From an uncultured Gemmatimonadales bacterium (GTDB lineage Bacteria; Gemmatimonadota; Gemmatimonadetes; Longimicrobiales; RSA9), in NCBI GenBank assembly GCA_963708135.1, contig OY970192.1, positions 4,672,001 to 4,736,000 on the forward strand: a DNA stretch of 64,000 nucleotides, read 5' to 3'. Position numbers and translations under genes: made by a program. The notes under the pieces were generated by a model. That model did not search any database, had not been told where the DNA came from, and saw only the letters and a program-made list of their open reading frames with translations. This document shows positions 56,083 to 64,000 of the stretch, piece by piece; position 1 is the stretch's first letter; each line of letters opens with the position of its first letter.

Positions 56083-57105
56083 ATGCGGGCGGCGGTATTC
56101 CACGAGTTCGGCGGTCCGGAGCAGGTCCGTCTCGAGGACGTCCCCACGCCGGAGCCGGGGCCGGGCGAGGTGCGCCTGGCGGTCCGGGCGGTGGGCATGA
56201 ACCACCTGGACGTGTGGGTGCGGCGGGGCCTTCCGGTGAATGCGCCGATGCCGCACATCGGCGGCGCGGACGCGGCGGGGGTCGTGGACGCGCTCGGGCC
56301 GGGGGTCGAAGGAATCGAGGTCGGTGCGCGGGTCGTCGTGAACCCGGGGCTGTCGTGCGGGCACTGCGCGTGGTGCCTGGCGGGCGAGCAGAGCCTGTGC
56401 GAGTCGTTCCGCATCCTCGGCGAGCACACGCAGGGTGCCTTCGCGGAGTATGTCGTGGTGCCGGTGGGCAACCTGTTCCCCATCCCGGAGGAGATGCCCT
56501 TCGAGGAGGCCGCCGCGGCACCGCTGGCGTTTCTCACGGCGTGGCGCGGTCTGATCGGCCGCGGGCGCCTGCGGGCCGGCGAGGACGTGCTGGCGACGGG
56601 CGCATCGGGCGGTGTCGCCACGGCGGCGGTCCAGATCGGCGCGCTCGCCGGTGCGCGCGTCTTCGCCGTGACGAGCACTCCGTACGTCGAGCGGGTACGG
56701 GCGCTCGGGGCCGACGTCGTCTACGATCGCGAGCGGGTGGATTACTCCCGCGAGGTCTGGCAGGCCACGGGCAAGCGGGGCGTGGACGTGATCCTCGATT
56801 CCGTGGGCCAGGCGACCTGGAAGCAGAACGTGCGCGCGCTGGCGCGGGGCGGGCGCCTGGTGGTCTACGGCGCGACGACGGGCCCGACGGCCGAGACCGA
56901 CTTGCGGCTGATCTTCTGGAAGCAGGTCGAGGTGATCGGCACGACCATGTCGAGCCGAACGGAATTCGAGACGGTGATGCGGCTCGTCGTCCGGGGCGCG
57001 CTGCATCCGGTCGTGGACGTGGTCCTGCCCCTCGAGCGGGCGGCGGACGCCCATGCCCGGCTCGAGGCCGGCGCACAGTTCGGCAACATCGTGCTGAAGC
57101 CGTGA
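56083..57105 (+). CDS. Zinc-binding dehydrogenase / quinone reductase (MDR)
   Basis: MRAAVFHEFGGPE, NHLDVW, CGHCAWC..C, ATGASGGV, FGNIVL. GGGAGGA RBS. Confidence 0.92.
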   Translation: MRAAVFHEFGGPEQVRLEDVPTPEPGPGEVRLAVRAVGMNHLDVWVRRGLPVNAPMPHIGGADAAGVVDALGPGVEGIEVGARVVVNPGLSCGHCAWCLAGEQSLCESFRILGEHTQGAFAEYVVVPVGNLFPIPEEMPFEEAAAAPLAFLTAWRGLIGRGRLRAGEDVLATGASGGVATAAVQIGALAGARVFAVTSTPYVERVRALGADVVYDRERVDYSREVWQATGKRGVDVILDSVGQATWKQNVRALARGGRLVVYGATTGPTAETDLRLIFWKQVEVIGTTMSSRTEFETVMRLVVRGALHPVVDVVLPLERAADAHARLEAGAQFGNIVLKP

Positions 57106-57681
57106 GCGGGCCGGCCTCGAGCGGCGGCCCGGAGGAGACCGGCGGCAGCTGGCGGGAGCTGTCCCGCGACGTGGTGGGCGAGTTCGACATCTTCCGCGTC
57201 GAGCGGATCGTGGCCCGCTCGCCGCGCACCGGCGAGACGCACCCCTTCCACGTGCTGCGCGTCCCGGACTGGGTGAACGTCGTGGCCGTTCGCCGCCGAT
57301 GGCCGGATCATCATGGTCGAGCAGTACCGCCACGGGACGGGCGAGCGCACGCTGGAGTTCCCCTCCGGGATCATCGAACCGGGCGAGGACGCGTGCGCGG
57401 CCGGGCTCCGCGAGCTGGAGGAGGAGACGGGCTACTGCGCCGGCGGGTGCCGGCTCCTCGGCCGCGTGCAGCCGAACTCCGCGCTGCAGGACAACGAGCT
57501 GGCGGTGGTCAGCGCCTGGGGCTGCACCGCCACCGGGCGGACGGCGCTCGATCCCGGGGAGGACGTGACCGTGCATCTCTTCACCCCCGCCGAGGTCACG
57601 GCGCTGATCGAGAGCGGCCGGATCCGGCACGCGCTCGCGCTGATCACGTGGGGGCTGTATGAGCGGAGCCCGGCGAGGTGA
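57102..57681 (+). pseudogene. Nudix ADP-ribose pyrophosphatase-like gene with a +1 frameshift (pseudogene or sequencing error)
   Basis: Frame 1 gives ...[23 protein letters not shown]. After one extra base near 57287 the next frame continues [31 protein letters not shown]. Confidence 0.8.
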
Positions 57682-57687
57682 GTGAGA

Positions 57688-57845
57688 GAGTGGGGGAGTG
57701 GGGGAGTGGGGGAGTGGGGGAGTGGGGGATGCGGCCGCCGGCGCGGCGTTCCGCCGGGGCGCGGGCGCGGCGCCGTTGCCGGCGCGCGCCAGCGCCACCG
57801 GGCCGTTGCTCGTCGCTCCGGCCTTCACACTCTCGCACTTCCCAC
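57688..57845. repeat. (GAGTGGGG)x5 octamer run with degenerate inverted end
   Basis: GAGTGGGG x5 at 57688-57728, GCCGTTGCCGGCGCGCGC (similar to the array core), CACACTCTCGCACTTCCCAC at ~57826-57845. Confidence 0.75.
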
Positions 57846-57858
57846 CCCGGCGCTTCGG

Positions 57859-58173
57859 CTACCTCTTCGTCCACCGCTCAGCGTCGCGCGTCCGGTACTT
57901 CTCCAGCACCTCGTCGAAGGCTGCCTCGAGATCGATCCCCTGCTCGTTGGCGAGGGCCACGAGCACGAAGAGGATGTCGGCCATCTCGAGGGCGAGGTCG
58001 GCGGCGGGCTCATCGGCCTTCTTCGGCTTGTGGCCGTAGCGGTGGTTCAGCTCGCGGGCGAGCTCGCCGACCTCTTCGACGAGCCGGGCGAGGTTGGAGA
58101 GCGGCGGCCAGTAGCCGTCCTCGAGCTGGCCGATCCACGCGTCCACCGCCCGCTGCGCTTCCGAGATCCTCAC
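57859..58173 (-). CDS. MazG-like nucleotide pyrophosphohydrolase (YpjD-like)
   Basis: YWPPLSNLARLVEEVGELARE..G.KPKK..EMADILF..KYRTRD. Confidence 0.9.
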   Translation of the reverse strand: MRISEAQRAVDAWIGQLEDGYWPPLSNLARLVEEVGELARELNHRYGHKPKKADEPAADLALEMADILFVLVALANEQGIDLEAAFDEVLEKYRTRDAERWTKR

Positions 58174-59300
58174 GCCTGCCTCCACGCCGCGAGCTCGCGC
58201 GCCACGAGGTCGATCTCGTCCTCCGTGTTGTAGAAGTGGGGCGAGATGCGGACGAGGCCCGGGCGCCAGTCCACGATGATGCCGCGCGCGGCGAGGTGCA
58301 CCACCGCGCCGGCGGGGTCCTCCTCCTCGACCATCACGATCGCGGAGCGGCGCTCCGGATCCGCGGCGCAGCGGAGGCGCAGCCCCACATCCCCCAGCGC
58401 CTCGATCAGCCGCTCCGTGAGGGCGGCGTTCCGTCTGCGAATGGCCGGCACGCCGATCTCGTCGATCACGTCCTGCCCGCCCAGCGCGAAGTGGACGCTC
58501 GGCAGCGATGGCGTGCCCATCTCGAAGCGGCGCGCGTCCTCCTTCGGCTCGTAGCGTGAGATATCGAAGGCGAACTGCTCGCGGGCGCCGAACCAGCCCC
58601 CGAGCGTCGGCACGAGCGTGGAGGCCAGCTCCTGCTGAAGCCAGAGGTAGGCGAGGCCGGGGCCGCCGAGGAGCCACTTGAGCGGCCCGGTGGTCAGGAT
58701 GTCCGCGCCGCTGGCGGGAGCATTCACGGGGATCTGCCCCACGCTCTGGTAGGCGTCCACGAGCAGCAGCGCGCCGCGGCGGTGGGCGATCTCGGCGAGC
58801 GCCGGCAGGTCCTGGATGGCTCCCGTGGTGAAGTAGACGTGGCTGGTGGCGAGGAGGGCGGTGCGCCCGTCCACGGCGTCGGCGAAGCGGGCCGGGTCGA
58901 TGGTGGTGCCATCGTCGCTCGGGACACGCACCACCTCGACGTCGGGCCGGGCCATCCAGGCATAGGCGAGGGTGGGAAAGTCGAGCTCGCCTACGACCAC
59001 GCGCGGCCGCCGGTGGTAGTCGAGCGCGGAGGCGACCGCGGCGAGCGCCACGGAGGTGGAGGGCGCGAGCGCGAGGGCGGCGGCGTCGCCTCCGAGCATG
59101 GCGGCCACGCGCGCGCGGAGCTCCGCGAGACGGCCGATCCACGTCTCGTACCATGCCGAGGCGCCGTGGGCACTCCACTCCTCCTCGAACGCCGCGACCC
59201 GTCGCGTCGCCCGGCGGCCGAGCGCGCCGAGCGAGCAGGAGTTGAGGTAGACGGTGTCCGCGAGGATGGGGAACTCGCTGCGCCAGTCGGTCCAGTCCAT
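58170..59300 (-). CDS. Class V PLP aminotransferase (kynureninase/cysteine-lyase-like)
   Basis: YLNSCSLG, DFPT, VDAYQS, GPLKWLLGGPG, RISPHFYNT. Confidence 0.9.
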   Translation of the reverse strand: MDWTDWRSEFPILADTVYLNSCSLGALGRRATRRVAAFEEEWSAHGASAWYETWIGRLAELRARVAAMLGGDAAALALAPSTSVALAAVASALDYHRRPRVVVGELDFPTLAYAWMARPDVEVVRVPSDDGTTIDPARFADAVDGRTALLATSHVYFTTGAIQDLPALAEIAHRRGALLLVDAYQSVGQIPVNAPASGADILTTGPLKWLLGGPGLAYLWLQQELASTLVPTLGGWFGAREQFAFDISRYEPKEDARRFEMGTPSLPSVHFALGGQDVIDEIGVPAIRRRNAALTERLIEALGDVGLRLRCAADPERRSAIVMVEEEDPAGAVVHLAARGIIVDWRPGLVRISPHFYNTEDEIDLVARELAAWRQA

Positions 59301-59374
59301 GGCGGCAAGGTAGTGGACGGCTTTCGGGGGCGGCAAGCTCGCGGGATGGCCCCGCGCCGCCTACCTTTCAGGCC

Positions 59375-60589
59375 ATGGCGCCGCTTCTCGCCGCACTGCC
59401 GTGGATCCTGCTCGCCCTCCTGGCGACGCTGGCGTTCCGCCGCCGCCCGCGTCTCGCCGACTACCCGGCGCCGGCAGGCGGCGCGGGCGCGCCGACCGTC
59501 TCCGTCATCGTGCCGGCGCGCGACGAGGCGGAGAACATCGGGGCATGCGTCGCGACGCTCCTCGCCTCCGCCTACCCGGAGCGCGAGGTCATCGTCGTGG
59601 ACGACGGGAGCCGTGACGGCACCGCGGAAGTGGTGCGGGCGCTCGCGCAGCGCAGCGAGCGCGACGTGCGGGTGGTGGATGGGGCGCCGCTCCCGGAGGG
59701 CTGGTTCGGCAAGCCGTGGGCGTGCTGGCAGGGAGCGCGCGAGGCGAGCGGCGAGCTGCTCCTCTTCACCGATGCCGACACCCGGCACGACGACGACCTG
59801 CTCGGCCACGCCGTCGGCGCGATGGAGGCGGAGCGGGCGGACCTGCTGAGCGTCCTGCCGCACCAGCGGCTCGACAGCTTCTGGGAGCGGCTCGTCATGC
59901 CCCACGTGCTCACCCTCATCGCCATGCGCTACGCCGACCTCCGGCGGGTCAACCGCACCACCCGCGCGCGCGACGTCGTCGCCAACGGCCAGTTCATCCT
60001 GGTGCGCCGCGAGGCCTACGACGCCATCGGCGGCCACGAGGCGGTGCGCGGCGACGTCGTCGAGGACCAGCGACTGGCGCAGCGAATGGTCTCGGCGGGC
60101 CGCCGGATCTTCCTCGCCCACGCCGAGGAGCTGCTCGAGACGCGCATGTACCGTGGCCTGCGCGACCTCGTGGCCGGCTGGACGAAGAACCTGGCGACGG
60201 GCGCGCGCCACGCCGTCGCTCCGCCGCTGCGGCGGGCGATCCCCTGGCTCGTGGCCGCGACGCTGCTCCTGGTCTGGGTCGTGCCTCCGGCCGCGCTGGT
60301 CCTCTGGATCTTCGGGGCGACCCGCTCCGGCGTCGGGGCGTGGGCCCTCTGGGCCACCCTGGCGAGCATTGCCTTCTGGCTCATCTCGCTGGCCAGCATG
60401 AAGGTGCCTCCGAGATTCGCGCTGCTCTACCCGCTCGGCGCCCTCTGCGTGGCGGGCCTGTTCGTCCGGAGCGCGGTGCGCGGTGCGCGCATCACCTGGA
60501 AAGGACGCTCCTACGGCGCCCCGGCATCGCCGCGCGGCTCGCCGCCGCCGGGGTCCGCGCGTCCATCCGGAAACGCGCGCCGGCCTTGA
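59375..60589 (+). CDS. Membrane GT2 glycosyltransferase (HpnB/CrtQ-like)
   Basis: SVIVPARDE, VDDGSRDGT, GKPWAC, FTDAD, ANGQF, VEDQ, RMY, C-terminal TMs and WKGR. Confidence 0.9.
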   Translation: MAPLLAALPWILLALLATLAFRRRPRLADYPAPAGGAGAPTVSVIVPARDEAENIGACVATLLASAYPEREVIVVDDGSRDGTAEVVRALAQRSERDVRVVDGAPLPEGWFGKPWACWQGAREASGELLLFTDADTRHDDDLLGHAVGAMEAERADLLSVLPHQRLDSFWERLVMPHVLTLIAMRYADLRRVNRTTRARDVVANGQFILVRREAYDAIGGHEAVRGDVVEDQRLAQRMVSAGRRIFLAHAEELLETRMYRGLRDLVAGWTKNLATGARHAVAPPLRRAIPWLVAATLLLVWVVPPAALVLWIFGATRSGVGAWALWATLASIAFWLISLASMKVPPRFALLYPLGALCVAGLFVRSAVRGARITWKGRSYGAPASPRGSPPPGSARPSGNARRP

Positions 60590-60743
60590 CGTTTCGTCGC
60601 GCAACGGCAATACATTCAGGTCGCAGTCGGGCCCTCTCCCCCACGACTGCCTACAATTTTGTATACGGACGCGCGATGCGGACGGTGCGCCAGACCGGCC
60701 ACCGCCCTCCCGCGAGGTTCCAGGGACAGGAGAGCCGCTGCTG

Positions 60744-62393
60744 ATGTCGTCCAGGCCCCGACGCCCGTGGATGGTCTTCTCCCGGTCGAAGCTGATCGTG
60801 GGCCTTCTCCTGCTCATCCTGATCGTCACCTCGACGCTCGCCTACCAGGCACAGGACGCCGCCCGGCTGCACCGGCAGACCGCCGAGCGCGCGCTGCGCG
60901 AGTATGCCGCGTTCGCGGCGTGGGAGCTGACGCGCCGGACCGAGGACCAGACGTACATGGCGCTCAAGGGGATCTTCCAGCCGCTGACGGTTCGAGCGGA
61001 CGACGCCGCTCTACGGGATGGTGTTACGCTGGTCCATCGGAACATTCTCGCGAACCGGCAGTGCCGCTGTCTGTTCAGTACCTCCTCCTACGTCTTCGGG
61101 TACGATTTCCGGTCCGGACGGCGCGTCGAGTCCGGGCGCGCGCCGGAGGGCATCGAGGCGCTCGCGGCAGCGGCCATGGATTGGGCCAGCGTTCCCATGG
61201 GGGAGTGGCGGGTCTCGCTGGCCTTTCCTCCCGAGTTCGGCGGCCGTGGACTCGCGGTCGCGTCGCGGAGGGATTCGGCGGGGCAGCCGTTTGCGGTATT
61301 CGGTTTCACGGTCGAGCGCTCGGAGATCACTCACCTCTTCGAGACCGCCATCCGCGTTTCGCCGCTGCTGCCAACCTCATTGCTCCGCGGGGCGGGGTAC
61401 CGGCAGATCCTTTCCGCCACCGTGGCGGCGCGTAACCGGCGACTATTCGCTTCCACGCCGGAGTACGAACCGCGCTTCGCGGCGCAGGACACCTTCACCT
61501 CCGCGTTAGGGAGCTCTGTTGTACGGGTCGCCATCAATCCCGAGGCGGCGAGCCACCTGGTTATCGGGGGAGTCCCGAAGTCGCGGTTCGCGCTTCTCGT
61601 GACGCTGGTCCTGCTCATCGCGGGCCTGACCCTGGTGGCCATCCACCAGCTGCGGCGGGAGGCCGAGCTCACGCGGCTGCGGACCGACTTCGTCTCGGGC
61701 GTCTCCCACGAGCTGCGCACGCCGCTGGCGCAGATCCGCATGTTCGCGGAGACGCTGCTGCTCGGCCGGGTGCGGACGGAGGCGGAGCGGCAGCGCTCGC
61801 TCCAGATCATCGACCAGGAGGCGCGGCGGCTGTCGCAGCTGGTGGAGAACGTGCTCCGCTTCTCGCGGACGGAGCGCAGGGTGGAGCAGGTCGCGCCGGA
61901 GACGACGGAGATCTCGGCGGAGGTGGCGGAGATCGTCGAGGGATACCGCCTCTACGCCCAGTCGCGGAAGGCCGAGGTGCGGGCGGAGGTGCAGGAGGGC
62001 GTGATGGTCTCCGTGGATCGCGGCGCGCTCCGGCAGATCGTGCTGAACCTGCTCGAGAACGCGCTCAAGTACGGGCCGGCCGGGCAGCGGGTGGTGGTCG
62101 GGCTCGCGCTCTTCACCGACGCCGCGCGCCTGTGGGTGGACGACGAGGGGCCGGGGATCCCCGCCTCCCGGCGGGAAGAGGTGTTCGCGCCGTTCTACCG
62201 GCTGGCGCGCGATTCCGGCTCGTCGGTGGCCGGGAGCGGCATCGGCCTGGCCGTCGTGCGGCAGCTCGCCGTCCTGCACCGTGGGCGCGCCTGGGCCGAG
62301 GACGCGCCCGGCGGCGGCGCCCGGATTGTAGTGGAGATCCCCGGCGCGTACCTTCGGCCCGTGGTCGAGAAGGGCGGCATCGAGGCCGCCTGA
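60744..62393 (+). CDS. Membrane sensor histidine kinase
   Basis: Two TMs, VSHELRTPL (H box), NLLENALKY (N), DEGPGI (G1), GSGIGLAVV (G2). Start 60744 or 60771. Confidence 0.93.
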   Translation: MSSRPRRPWMVFSRSKLIVGLLLLILIVTSTLAYQAQDAARLHRQTAERALREYAAFAAWELTRRTEDQTYMALKGIFQPLTVRADDAALRDGVTLVHRNILANRQCRCLFSTSSYVFGYDFRSGRRVESGRAPEGIEALAAAAMDWASVPMGEWRVSLAFPPEFGGRGLAVASRRDSAGQPFAVFGFTVERSEITHLFETAIRVSPLLPTSLLRGAGYRQILSATVAARNRRLFASTPEYEPRFAAQDTFTSALGSSVVRVAINPEAASHLVIGGVPKSRFALLVTLVLLIAGLTLVAIHQLRREAELTRLRTDFVSGVSHELRTPLAQIRMFAETLLLGRVRTEAERQRSLQIIDQEARRLSQLVENVLRFSRTERRVEQVAPETTEISAEVAEIVEGYRLYAQSRKAEVRAEVQEGVMVSVDRGALRQIVLNLLENALKYGPAGQRVVVGLALFTDAARLWVDDEGPGIPASRREEVFAPFYRLARDSGSSVAGSGIGLAVVRQLAVLHRGRAWAEDAPGGGARIVVEIPGAYLRPVVEKGGIEAA

Positions 62394-62416
62394 GGCACTC
62401 AGCGAGCCGGAGCGGC

Positions 62417-63112
62417 ATGGCGAAGGTGCTCATCATCGAGGACAACCCGGATCTCGCCTTCGGGTTGATCAACAATCTGGAAATCGAGGGTTACCGGGTC
62501 GAGCTGGTCGAAGACGGCGCGCGTGGACTCGCGCGCGCCATCGAGACGGAGCCCGACCTGATCATCCTGGACGTGATGCTCCCCAGCCTCAACGGGTACG
62601 GGGTGCTGCGCTCGCTCCGGGAGGAGGGGCTGCAGACGCCCGTGCTCATCCTGAGCGCGCGCGGCGAGGAGGCGGACAAGCTGCGGGGCTTCCGCTTCGG
62701 CGCGGACGACTACGTGACGAAGCCGTTCAGCCTGCTCGAGCTGCTGGCGCGGGTGGACGCGCTCATGCGGCGGGCTCGGGCGTCCGCCGAGTCCGCGGAA
62801 GTTGAAGCGCCGCGGGTGGAGCGGTTCGGCGATGTGGAGGTGGACACGGCGTCTCACGCGGTGCGGAAGGGCGGCGTCGAGGTGGCGCTCACGCCCAAGG
62901 CGTACGACCTGCTCCTCGCGCTGCTGCGCCGGAGAGGCCGCGTCGCCTCGCGGGTCGAGCTCCAGAAGGAGGTGTGGGGGCACCGCGGACTGGTCACCAG
63001 CCGGACCGTGGACACCCACGTGGTGGAGCTGCGGCGCAAGCTCGAGGACGATGCCTCCAGCCCCAGGCACATCCTCACGGTCCGCAAGGCGGGGTACCGG
63101 CTGGACGCATAG
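62417..63112 (+). CDS. OmpR-family response regulator
   Basis: VLIIEDN, LDVMLP, GADDYVTKPF, LTPKAYDLL, SRTVDTHV..LRRKLE, TVRKAGY. Confidence 0.95.
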   Translation: MAKVLIIEDNPDLAFGLINNLEIEGYRVELVEDGARGLARAIETEPDLIILDVMLPSLNGYGVLRSLREEGLQTPVLILSARGEEADKLRGFRFGADDYVTKPFSLLELLARVDALMRRARASAESAEVEAPRVERFGDVEVDTASHAVRKGGVEVALTPKAYDLLLALLRRRGRVASRVELQKEVWGHRGLVTSRTVDTHVVELRRKLEDDASSPRHILTVRKAGYRLDA

Positions 63113-63185
63113 CCCCCTTGCCGCGGCGGCCGATCCGCCCGCTTCCCGGCACGCCCCTTCGATCCGCGCGCGCTCCTCCTCCGGG

Positions 63186-63251
63186 CCTTGACCGAACCGT
63201 AACAATCCTCCCACAGGTCTCTCACGCGACCCTGACCCGGCCATCACCTGC
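63186..63251 (+). promoter_or_regulatory. Six tandem 11-bp-periodic boxes, candidate OmpR-family operator
   Basis: CCTTGAC, CCGTAAC, CTCCCAC, CTCTCAC, CCCTGAC, CCATCAC starting at 63186, 63197, 63208, 63219, 63230 and 63241. Confidence 0.6.
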
Positions 63252-63298
63252 GCCGGGCCAGGGCGCGCTAGCTTCCACCTCACACAGGACAAACGGGC

Positions 63299-63631
63299 AT
63301 GAAACGACCGGAGACGGACATGAGCATCTTCCATCCACGCCTGAAGCGGACCTTCGCGGGGCGGCCCACGGACCGGGTCCGCGCCGCGGACCACGTGGTC
63401 TCTGCCAGCCAGGGCGACCGGACGGTGCTCCTCGACACGCGACGCGGGCGCTACTACGGAATGGACGGCGTCGGCACGCGGATCTGGCAGATCATCGGGG
63501 AGGGCGTGAGCTTCACGGAGGTCGTGGACCGGCTCGAGCGCGAGTACGATGCGCCCCGGCCGGTGCTGGAGCAGGACGCGGCGAGCTTCCTCGTCCGACT
63601 GACCACGAGCCGCCTGGCGGTGCGGGCATGA
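63299..63631 (+). CDS. PqqD-family RiPP recognition element (lasso B1/E protein)
   Basis: DRTVLLDTRRGRYYGMDGVGTRIWQ..LEREYD..LEQD..FL. Start 63299 or 63320. Confidence 0.9.
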   Translation: MKRPETDMSIFHPRLKRTFAGRPTDRVRAADHVVSASQGDRTVLLDTRRGRYYGMDGVGTRIWQIIGEGVSFTEVVDRLEREYDAPRPVLEQDAASFLVRLTTSRLAVRA

Positions 63632-64000
63632 GCGCTCGCCGACCCGGCGCTCCCCGGCCGCCCTCGGTGGCTGCGGCGGCGGTGGCTCTCGCGGCCGCGA
63701 AGCTGGGCCTCGCGGTGCTCGGGCTCGGACGCTTCAAGAAGCTGATCGAGCGGCTCACAGCGGCGCGGCCTGTGACGGACGCCATCCCTGCGGGACTGCC
63801 GGCAGAAACCGCGCGGCGGGTCGCCGTCGCGGCCGCGTTCTACCCGGGCCGGGCGCTCTGCCTCGAGCAGTCGGTGACGCTGTACCTGCTGCTGCGCCGC
63901 CGCGGGCTCCCGGTCGACCTGCGTCTCGGGGTGCACGTCTACCCGTTCCTGGCCCACGCGTGGGTCGAGCACGCCGGAACGCCTCTGAACGAGTCGCCCG
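63628..64000 (+). CDS. Lasso peptide B2 leader protease (transglutaminase-like), runs off the window edge
   Basis: Manual translation from ATG 63628: ...AFYPGRALCLEQSVTLYLLLRRRG..LRLGV..PFLAHAWVE. Overlaps the RRE stop (ATGA). Confidence 0.88.
   Translation, partial: MSARRPGAPRPPSVAAAAVALAAAKLGLAVLGLGRFKKLIERLTAARPVTDAIPAGLPAETARRVAVAAAFYPGRALCLEQSVTLYLLLRRRGLPVDLRLGVHVYPFLAHAWVEHAGTPLNESP

Noticed and set aside
60586..60616. TTGACG...TACATT promoter for the kinase
   Set aside because: 19-nt spacer is too long to call with confidence.
63113..63298. Lasso precursor peptide upstream of the RRE
   Set aside because: No ORF with RBS and leader motif; the region is better explained as regulatory.
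1..64000. tRNA or rRNA genes
   Set aside because: No cloverleaf or rRNA-like segments recognised by eye; tRNAscan-SE would be needed to exclude them formally.

Overview
High-GC bacterial chromosomal window. The gene content (DUF2723 GT-C, TonB receptor/CTD/PorV/GWxTD cassette, DUF2203/V4R pair) suggests Gemmatimonadota or a related FCB-adjacent diderm; this is an inference, not a search result. About 50 genes can be supported. They include a cobalamin-riboswitch-led BtuF/C/D operon, a flavin reductase-SDR-herA-sbcD-sbcC operon without nurA, trpE, ftsH, queE, proline dehydrogenase, and a two-component system followed by the start of a lasso-peptide-type RiPP cluster (RRE + B2 protease). Highlights: (1) an 11.5-kb five-gene envelope operon (TonB-dependent receptor, large secreted T9SS-CTD-like protein, PorV-like barrel, two GWxTD-family proteins) with its own promoter/operator and intergenic hairpins, a candidate undescribed T9SS-related export/display module; (2) a six-unit array of ~250-bp self-complementary repeats with GAGTGGGN octamer inverted termini, plus dispersed relatives, one next to a truncated gene; (3) an IS110 element whose left non-coding end reads as a bridge RNA with guides matching its own insertion site and donor end; (4) six 11-bp-periodic OmpR-type boxes between the response regulator and the lasso genes. 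All calls come from reading motifs by eye; no database searches were run.
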